Origin: Raillietiella orientalis
Lineage: Eukaryota
Length of the DNA: 64,000 nt
Direction of reading: 5' to 3'
Assembly: GCA_036172245.1 (NCBI GenBank)
Contig: JAYWIR010000040.1
Span: forward strand, 248,001 to 312,000
In this document: piece after piece, positions 49,159-58,976 of the stretch
Position numbering within the stretch: position 1 is the first letter of the stretch
Layout of the letters: each line of letters starts with the position of its first letter
Position numbers and translations under genes: made by a program
The notes under the pieces: generated by a model
What the model was told of the DNA's origin: nothing
Database searches by the model: none
What the model saw: the letters and a program-made list of their open reading frames with translations, nothing else

Positions 49159-50459
49159 ATCTCCTGGACGTCCTTTCCCCTGAGGGCGTGAACCTCTTAG
49201 AGAACTGCCAGGTCGAAAGGTCGCAGGGTGTCGGCCACGCTACGCCTCTTGCTTTCGCTACGCAGCCCCTTGACATTCCAACAGGCTATACGCAGTTGCC
49301 GGCAAGAGTTGATTCCACGCATCATGCTAATGATGGTGGTGGCGATTGTGTAGCCGCATCCTGTTCGGGAGGCGGCTGGTCGATGTCCACCTGCATGGAC
49401 GGCGTTTCGGCAACGACCGGAAGGTCGGCAGCCGGACTGAGGTCGATCAGAAGATCGGACCGGGCGGTTTCCACGTAGGAATCCCGCGACCTCGCGGACA
49501 TCGGCTCCTCGCTACACGAGCGCATTTCCTCCTCCTCAGCCTGAGGGGGAGCGACGCGCATAGGGTTGCGGGACTTCCGGCCCGCCTTCCTCTTCGGGAG
49601 GGCGACGGTGGGAGCGTTTCCGGTTTTCGCCTCGAACACTGAAGTTTCCGGTCCTTTGGCTTCCGCCGGTCATCTCACGGCCTTCTTTGCAGCCTTAGGC
49701 GGCTGCATTAAGGTGGCCGCAAGTTCCTCCGCCGCCTTCGCGAAGTTTTTCTCGTCGCTGCTGCTCGCGTTCTTGTCGCAGATTTCCTGCGGCGGTTCCG
49801 CGGCGTTTGCGACAGTTGCGGAAGTCGCGTTTGCCGATCGACGTTCGATCGACGGAACGCGCTCGATGTTAACGCGGCATTCCTTTCTTATTTCGCGCGG
49901 CGTAAATTCTTTTGCGCCGTTTGCGGTTTTTATTGATTTGCTCGCGTTCTGATCTGTAGATTTTTTAGGTTTTTCATTATTGGAATTTTGATTTTTTGTT
50001 TTTTCGTTTGCGACTAATTTCCAGCCTTTTTCGCGGACGGTTAGATCAGAAGTCTCCTTTTGATTCTCCTGTTCCTTTTGTTTGGCTTCTGATTTTAGCT
50101 GTTGGTCGCTGTATGTTTGTTTTTCTGCCTTCTTCGCCTCTTTTAAAATAGCGGTTTGAAGCGTTGTAGCGGCCTTTTTCTGGCACACAACGTTTATGTG
50201 GCCCTTAGCGCCGCACGTTGGGCATGTGGCGTCCGGGCATCTCTTTTTGAAATGACCAAACGTGTTGCACAGCCCGCAGTATTTTTCTTTCCCTACGTAC
50301 CAGAGATCAACGAGCTTGTCGTTAATCTCCAGCTTGTGGAAAATTTCAATGTTTTCGCGGAGAGTTACGCGAGCGGCAAGTTGCCCATTAAATGCGCCTC
50401 TATATGTGAAGGCGTTGCGCTTCTTCCACATCGCGTAAATCTCTGCGAATTTATTGATT
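49159..50459 (-). mobile_element. Family I: ORF1 (AT/lysine-rich, 2x CCHC) and ORF2 start
   Basis: CGLCNTFGHFKKRC, CPTCGAKGHINVVC; TGATG at 49324-49320; CWNVKG. Confidence 0.88.
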
Positions 50460-51415
50460 ATGTGGGCTTTGATAACCCCCCTTGCCCCAGTGCTGCCCTT
50501 TCTCATCAGTGCCAGGGACACTAGGGAGCTGGGGAAATGGACCGTGTCCTGCACCGTAAACGGAAGGACACAACCGATAAAGGCGTGAACATCTCGGCAG
50601 CTAGCGGACGCTGCGACGCCGAGTGTCCCGCCCAAAGGAATTCGACGCTGGGGCGAGCTACTCGGACTATCTCCGGAGGAGATGAAGTGGCCCCCAGCGT
50701 CCTGGAACAGTGGATCTCTCCCCCTTAAATGGCAGGAGGTGGCGTTGCTTGTAATACATTGGGGTTTACCCTGTAAAGCACGCCTGTATCACAACACCCG
50801 GGGGGCTGTGGATCCCCAGTGAGACAGGTGCGGGAAAAAGATACCTTCCCCTACCTTCTCATTGAGTGCAGTGCCATCCGCCCTTCATGGGATCGCCTTA
50901 GGGCGATCCTGGACTTGCGCGGATGCGGCCCCAAGGACGTTTTCAGGCGCCTCTTCTGTAGTGACGCCTTGTTCCCCCCCGCTTCTGTAGCAATCCTCTG
51001 CTGCATTCGAGGGATCGTGGCGGCTTGGAACGCCACCAGAAGAAGACGTCAGCCAACTGGCAACGCCTTACGACGGACTAGCCTATTCGTGCGAGCTGTA
51101 TGCAAGTGGCGCCACTTAGGCGCACATAGGACTCAGCTTGTCCGGATCCTGAATAGGATCTAGAAAACCTATCCGGGCGCATAGTGATCCTTTCCATGCC
51201 CTCCCATCCCTAAAACATTTATCCCCTCCCGTATTTAAACTTTTTGTTTGTTTTTTTTTTTCTGTCCCAACCCCCGCGCATCGGAAGGACCTCTCCGGCA
51301 TAGCGCCGGGAACCAGCAAGCTGTTTTGGCGTGGTGCAGCTTCGGGTTCTCCACTCGAAAAATTAATGTATTTTTTATTTTTTGAAATAAATGCCCCGGC
51401 ATATCCGGGTGAAAA
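50460..51415 (+). mobile_element. Family J, 5'-truncated copy with 3' terminus
   Basis: Paralog of 24865-25820; AATAAA+hairpin 51386-51411. Confidence 0.9.
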
Positions 51416-52094
51416 CGCAAACGCCGCGGAACCGCCGCAGGAAAGCTGGGACAAAGACGCGAGCAGCAGCGACGACAAAAGTTTCGAGAAGGCGACGGAG
51501 GAACTCGCGGCCACCTTAATGCAGCCGCTTAAGGCTGCAAAGAAGGCTGTGAGACGTCCGGTGGAAGCCCAAGGACCGGAAACTCCAGTGTCCGAGGCGG
51601 AAACCGGAAATGCTCCCACCGTCGCCCTCCCGAAGAGGAAGGCGGGCCGGAAGTCCCGCAACCCTATGCGCGTCGCTCCCCCTCAGGCTGAGGAGGAGGA
51701 AATGCGCTCGTGTAGCGAGGAGCCGATGTCCGCGAGGTCGCGGGATTCCTACGTGGAAACCGCCCGGTCCGATCTTCTGATCGACCTCAGTCCGGCTGCC
51801 GACCTTCCGGTCGTTGCCGAAACGCCGTCCATGCAGGTGGACATCGACCAGCCGCCTCCCGAACAGGATGCGGCTACACAATCGCCACCACCATCATTAG
51901 CATGATGCGTGGAATCAACTCTTGCCGGCAACTGCGTATAGCCTGTTGGAATGTCAAGGGGCTGCGTAGCGAAAGCAAGAGGCGTAGCGTGGCCGACACC
52001 CTGCGACCTTTCGACCTGCCACTTCTCCAAGAGGTTCACGCTCTCAGGGGAGAGGACGTCCAGAAAATCGAGAGGCTCACAGGGGGGAGGCAAA
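51416..52094 (+). mobile_element. Family I: ORF1 C-terminus and ORF2 start
   Basis: Inverted paralog of 49159-49810; TGATG 51903-51907. Confidence 0.88.
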
Positions 52095-52704
52095 TTGTGC
52101 GAGGTGTGGAGCCCTAATTGTGCGAGTTGTGGAGAACGGTATTCCCCTCCTTTTGCATTTTGTGGCTCTTCGGCACCCTTGGAACCGTTTTGCCGCGTCA
52201 ATTCGTATCCCCTGTGGCAACCCCAGAGACGGAGTTAGATCTCTCTTCTTTTTCGACGCCCTTCGGCCTTCGACCTCGTTTGCAGCCCTGGACTGCTTTC
52301 GCGGGATAGTCGCTGCATGAAGCAAGACAACGGGAGAACCACGCGATAAAGTTGCCGTCCAGTGCGCAGCCAAATTTAGGGAGACGGCGACAGGATGGAC
52401 CCATCTGAATTCAACAATCCAAAAACAGCTTGCCGGCATCCTGCAAAGGATGAAACGGCCCCACAGCAGACTCTGATCCCTTCCCGAGCTCCCCAGATCT
52501 TTTTTTTATATATTTCTCATTTTTCGTTTTATGTTTTTGTTTTGTCCTTGCCCCCTCTGCTGTCGTGGTGGACCGTACCGGAATACGAACCGGTGACCCG
52601 GCAGGCTTAATTTTGTGTACCAGTGCGTGGCCGGACCACCAGGTCAGCCACCAACGCTTGTTTTATTCGAAAGAATAAACGCCCCGGCGCAACCGGGTGA
52701 AAAA
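52095..52704 (+). mobile_element. 3' terminal fragment with F/D-like 3' UTR
   Basis: PNCASCGER..; AATAAA+hairpin 52674-52699. Confidence 0.85.
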
Positions 52705-54202
52705 CGAGCTCACTTATGGCTAAGCCGCGGAGGTACTGGCGCAGATGCTCCGCCGCCTCCAGGTAACTTAGCCAGTCTGCCGGCATCCTCCAAACACAAT
52801 TTGGAGGCCACTTGCCTGCGGGGAGCAACTCGAACTCGAGCCTGTTGTGTTCTGAAAGCACGGACGGCATGGGACCTCTCCGACCCACTCGAGAGTGCAA
52901 GTGTTCGTAAAGGAATACATGGTCCGGTGATGTTGCCATAACAGGGTCGTTAGCGGACAAGCTGCACGCGTGCACGGACGCGTACATCTCTTTTACTAGC
53001 AACTTTTCCCATTTGTGTGCGCTATTCTCGATCAACAGGTGGACGTTAAAGTCCCCCGCAATGAGATGCGCCACAGTAGGGTGAGATCGAGTGAGCCACT
53101 GGCTTTGAAGGGTACCGAAGAACTCAATCCTTAGGGCCCATCGTCCAGCACCGCTCGGCGCGTACACGTTGGTTACGACAAGGTCGATCGAGTCGGACCA
53201 CTTGAGTACAAGCTGTCTCACTCGGCCTTCCGTGTCGAAGCGAACGCCGCGCACCGCTCCCGCCAAAAATCCTCGTACGAGGAAAGCGACACCTCACGTA
53301 CGTGCGACTCCGCACCTATAATGCAGTTCTCCGCCGGCGCGTTGTTCGATTTCAGCAGCATGCTCTTCAGGTATGCCGTGAATCTCCTGCAGGAGCGTCA
53401 ACTCGAAGGCGCGCAGAGCGTCAGCCACTAGTCGCCTCTTCTCCTCGTGTTGGAGCCCGTTGACGTTCCAAGACGTTACGGCAACACGACGAGAAGACGC
53501 GATTGCCCTCATCACGGCTGGGAAAGCGAGGCCGTGGAGCTCGCCTCACCCGGCGAGCGGGCAGTAAGCAGCACGACGAGCTGGAGGGCGCGGTCGCCAC
53601 CGGCCTCCACCGTGCTGCGCGTAATCTAGTGCTCCTCCCTGGGTGCAGAATCTGTGGGTTTCGGGTTGAGCACTCGCCGTTTCCCGGCGAGTGTGTAAAG
53701 CCTCAGAGCTTCCGCCCTGAGGGCGATCGCTCCCGCGCGAGTTACACGTCGTTCAGCGTCGTTATCGGACTCCTTTACGGAGTCTGACGCTCGCACGATG
53801 GACGTGCGCTTGCATCCGTCCGATCGCACCGGAATCGTCTTTTCGGCGGTCACAGCGGCGGAGTTGCACGCGTTGAAGGCGCCGGCGTTTTCCAAAGCAG
53901 AAAAACCCTCCGCGCGTCTTTTCTTGTTCACGCGGCTGTTCTTTGCCTTCAAAGAGCTAACGGATGGAGGTTGCGCAGCCTTCTTGGGAGATTTTTCTTT
54001 TCTCCTCTCCACAACCTTCCATTCGCCTTACCGATTTTCGCACAGTTCCGCGACTTTCGTCTCCGAAACCTCAGGAGTTTTCGCTACCGCCTCTGAGTGC
54101 ATCGCTTTTGCCACGCCTTTTAAAGGAGGCATCGCAGTCACCTTTGTGGCAGACGGGAGATTGCTCCTCTCTTGCCGAGTCCGCGACCTTGCTTCGCGGC
54201 TC
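52705..54202 (-). mobile_element. Family A: ORF1 C-terminus and endonuclease
   Basis: Paralog of 731-2210; TGATG at 53514-53510. Confidence 0.9.
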
Positions 54203-57200
54203 ATTGCATTTTATAGCGACATGATCGCCAAGATGAAGATGAAGGAGGGAGCTGTTATACCTGGGTTGGCGTTCATTGACGAACAATCCCAGGGAGTGAA
54301 CGTGCGCTACCAATAACAGCCGGTATTCTGCACCGGGTGCAAGCAGTTCGACCACAGGGCGGGCACTTGCCCAACATGCCGTTGCTTCCGCTGCGGCAAA
54401 GAAGGACATCAAGTCCGAAACTGCCCGCAACCGAAGTTGGCTCCTCCTGCAAGAAGCACAGACATGCTAAATGGAGCTGTCCGGAATTCGCCAATTGCAG
54501 AAGGATTCGAGGACTCTCCCGTGACAGAAACATCAAGGCGGCCGAACAGCCTCAGAAGTTGGCAGCAAGTCCGAACAAGGTGAAGGAAGCCGTCCATGTA
54601 TCGACGGACGGCTTCATTGAGGTAGGAACGAAAGGAAATAGGAGGATGCTCGTCAACGAGAAAGAAACCCCTCTTATTCTAGAAGGAGCAGCGCAGGAAG
54701 GCGTAAAGATGGAGGTAGCGCAGGAACGTGCGAAAGAAGGAAACCAGGAAGCCACTCCAGTGTCGCAGGAGGACCTGCAGTCCACGGAGGAGTTGGCAAC
54801 ACTAGCGGAGGAAGTTAAGGAGGTGCAAAGCGGGCCTCAGCAAGAGAAAATCTTGAGAACATCTGCAATGCACACGAGAAGGTGAACCGGGTTGTGGAGG
54901 TCACCGGCGCGAGACCTTAGAAGAACAGCTTCTCGACGTAAAGGCGAACTTCTGCGCAAAGGTCGAGATAGAGGCGCTATCTCGAAAATTGATCGGGCGG
55001 GCCGAACACTTTACGGAGGAGGCGGAAGTAACCGACCTCACCGGAACGGAGAGTGACGCCGGCAGCGAGAAGCCCGCTGCTTCTTCATCGTCTGGAAGAG
55101 CACGCTCTTTCAGACAGAAGAAGCTCAGGAAGGCCAGGAAATAGGTCTTCCCCTTTTATGGCCTCTTGCCTATCGACCGCCAAGAGGCTGAACATCGCCT
55201 CCTGGAATGTAAACGGTGTGGTCGACCAGGGAAAAAGAAAAAGGATTGTGCGGACCATCGCACAACAAGACCCACAAGATGGATCTCGAGATTAGTCAGC
55301 GAATGGAACGGCGATTCAACGGGCAGATGTTCGTCAGCGAGGGAGAACGGAACACGCAGGGTGTGGCGGTCCTAATGAAGAAACACTTTGCCACCACTAT
55401 TCTGGAAGTGTTCTGTCCCCAACCCGGACGAATCATCCGCGTGCGACTGGCCTGGTCCGCGACTGTTCCCCTTATCCTGGTGAACGTGTACGGGCCCCAC
55501 AGGCTAAAACATCGTTGTGCGGAGGCGCTGCATGCAGCACTCCGTGAAAAGGTCGCCCCCAAGGACGTCGTGATTGTTGCTGGCGATCTCAACATATTGG
55601 ATGAGATCACTCATTCCCAAGAAGCCAGAGGAAGGACGGCGTATCGGCGGCTATCCGACGAGTTCGGACTGGTGTGGCGGACAGCAAGTCGCAAGCTGAT
55701 CGATCACGTACTCCACAGCACCGAACTAGGGAATCGCATTCAGGGTTTTCGAGACACATTGACCACTCTGTCCGATCGCCCGTTGATGCGGTTTTCCCTA
55801 AGAACGGAAAATCCTCGGCGGAGGCAAGGCACCAGGGCGGCGCTCATCAGCATGCCCGCCTGGTTCGAGACACATCCTGGACATCAGCAGGTCCTGGAGA
55901 CGATTCTGAAGACCACAAAAAATCATAAGAGTCACCGACTGGGACAGCTTGAAACACAGGATACACCTGTTTGCAAATATGCAATTCGGGGATAGGCACT
56001 TGAGGCAGGAGGCGAACCGGGAGCTGAACATCCAAGATCCCTCACTCTTAAAGTACTTCGAACAGTACGAGAGTCGGTACGTATTCAACAACATAAAAGA
56101 GGAACTCGGCGTGCTGGAGAAGAGAAATCTGGCAACAGATATCTTCTGCATCCAGTACGACGGTCAAGAGCGACAGTCGTCCGAAGATATAGTGGAAGCC
56201 TTTCACAGGCATCACATGAAACACTTCAGGCGACAACATCTCTGTCGCTCTAGTCAACAAGCCCTTCTGAGCTATCTCCAGAACAGGACCGACGATCTCC
56301 AACGAAACAGACTGGAGGAGGAGTTCTCCGAAGATGAGGTGAAGACTGCGTTTGGTCAACTACGCAAGGATGTGGCAGCGGGCCCTGACAGTGTACCCAT
56401 CACGCACTATCAGCGGTACCTGCATGCCTACCTGCGTTTGTTCCACCAGTTGAACCTCTGCATCCGCGAAGAAGGAAGCCTTCCACAGTCCTTCTACGAG
56501 AGTCGGATGAGATTGTTGCCAAAAGGAGGCGACCTCACGCAGGTCGCTCAATGGAGGCCAATCTCGATCCTGAACTCAGACGACAAGTGGTTGGCGAAGA
56601 TCTGAATCCAACCGCTTAGGCAAAGGTCATGTCGAGGCTCATCTCTCCGGTCCAAACGTGTGCAGTCCCTGGACGTCACATGTCGGACAATGTCAAGTGT
56701 GCCCAGGCCACCGTCGGACTCAGCCGATACGTCGGCGAGAACCTGGCGCTGGTGTTCACTGACATGGAGAATGCTTTCGACTCCATAGACCATGGGATGC
56801 TGCTGAAGGTTCTGGAGAAGCTAGGCCTTCCGGAACACTTCAGCAACTTCGTGGGGGTGGTACTCCAGAACTAGTACTGCCGAATCAAAATCTACGGCCA
56901 GGAGACGGCAGCAATCCGGATGGAATTCGGAGTCCGGCAGGGCGATTCGCGAAGTCCGATGCTGTTCGTCATCTACATGGAGGCGTTGTCGTCCTTTATC
57001 GAGAAGAGCGAACGACTGCAAGGCATAACGATCGATGGCCAGCGTCTTACCCATCTGGCATACGCAGATGATCTACTCTTCTTTATCAAGGGAGAGAGAA
57101 ATCAACGAGCGTTTCTGGATGTGGTAGACCTGATGGATCAAGGCCTCGCTCTAAAGATCAACGCCCAGAAAAGCCAGCTCTTGCCCGTTGGAATCCTCGA

Positions 57201-58792
57201 TCTCTCCGCTCTAGCGGAAAGAGGATTCCGAACGGTGGACAAGGCCAAGTACCTGGGTGTCTACATTGGCGACGTCTCCGCGTCGAAGCTATTGTGGACC
57301 GAGATCCTAGGGAAAACGGCCAAGGAAGCAGCCAAGTACACCCGAACGGACCTTGGAATGAAGCGAAAGGCCAACATATGGAACGGAGTACTCCTTCCAA
57401 AAGTGCTCTTCGGGGCGGCCTTCGCGAGGATGAACAAGGAAACCACGAGGGAGTTCGACAAGCTGCAGAGAAAAACACTGTGGGGCCACTATCGCCCAAG
57501 AGTCCGACTAAAACCCCTGTGTCGTCCCAAGGAAGAAGGCGGTTCCGGGATGAAGTCGCTTGCACATTCCATGGAAATCATGGATACGCGACACATCCTG
57601 GACATTGCCACTTACTGGGATGACTGGCCGTATGCGGCGCACAGGGCCTACGCGTTGTTGCTTAACAACTCGAAAGGCCTGATGACTGCGCTGCTAGGCA
57701 TAGCAGGCAAATGAAACAAAATCGACCCCACCTGGACGAGGAAGCAACGGCTGGTGCGGAAGCACCAAATCAAGATCGTGCCGCGAAGCAGGGAACTCTG
57801 GCAGGACGAGTCCATCCTGGTGATCCCTTGGTTGCTTCCTGTCCCGCCGGACACGAGAAGCTGGATCTACCAGCGATCCAGAGTTACCCTACTGCAAATC
57901 CAGGAGTGGAGGCGAGGAGGCTACCTAAATCAAACACGTATACTTCGGTATACAGAGATGATATTAGGAAGGTTTACCCACAGGACCTGCGAAGTGTGGT
58001 TCAACCACAACGACTTCGCATGGTCGAGGGTAACCAGAACAAACCTCCGAAGGCTTATCCAAGAAAACGACCGTGACACCAGTGCCCTCCAGGAAGCCAC
58101 CGAACGCTACGGGAGTGAACGGTTCAACCTGTTAGCGATCGGCACGACGCTCTGGAGGAGTGACCTTCAACCGGGCACCCAGGATGACCTCCTGATGTTT
58201 TATCACGGAGGAATCCAGAGTGGGTCCCGATTGCAGCACATCACAGGAAGACGGGAAGACCGAGACTGCGCAGCATGTGGAGACGACGACACGAGACTTC
58301 ACGTCTTGACGTGTCCACACTCCTGCATGACTAGCTGATCCTGAAAAGGATCATAGGACTTACCAAGAAGTCCGTTATGAAGATCCTCGCCGGGATGTTT
58401 CATGGGGATGGTAATGTTCCCTGTTACAATCCCATGGTGAGGACGACCATAGCCCTCTTCATCAACGCCATACTTGTGCGATGGTGAAAAATGAGGAAAG
58501 CCAGGAGAGTCGCACCACCGATGGAGATCCAACAAGGGTTCTTGAAGAGGGAAATCGGCATCACGAACTGCGGGAAGATCCACGCCTGGACGTACCGATT
58601 CATCCTGAAGAGGATTTAGGACGACGCCCGGGACCATCCAGCTGGAAGTCCCCCCTGAAAAGCAGAGCTCTAGTGCAACCCCAGGACCCCCAAGTGCAAA
58701 AGGTTTGTATTGAGTGAATGAGAGTGCGAATGTAAATTTTGTATTTTTGTAGAAAAATAAACTTACCCCACCCCTTGTGGGACTTGGAGAAA
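54203..58792 (+). mobile_element. Family B (more divergent L1/Tx1-like), 5'-truncated decayed copy with 3' terminus
   Basis: ORF1 knuckles, ASWNVNG, NVYGP, GDLN, AFDSIDH, RQGD, YADD, CAAC..HVLTC; AATAAA 58756-58761. Confidence 0.92.
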
Positions 58793-58976
58793 CCTGCCGA
58801 GTCGGTGAACTTGCTTCGCGGCTCCAAGTATTGTGCGCTCGACAACATAATCTGTTAAATTGTGCTCGTGTGTGCCCGAAGAGGGAAGTTTTCCAGACGA
58901 AACTACAAAAGAAGCGGCGAGGAGACCGCGGCAAAAGACCTGGCAGTGGTCCCGTGCAGCAAGACCAGCTGCCAGG

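Noticed and set aside
5295..52699. Recurrent palindromic motif as a CRISPR repeat, integron attC site or REP element
   Set aside because: Spacing is kilobases and irregular, every copy follows an ORF2 stop and 3' UTR, and no cas or integrase genes are present.
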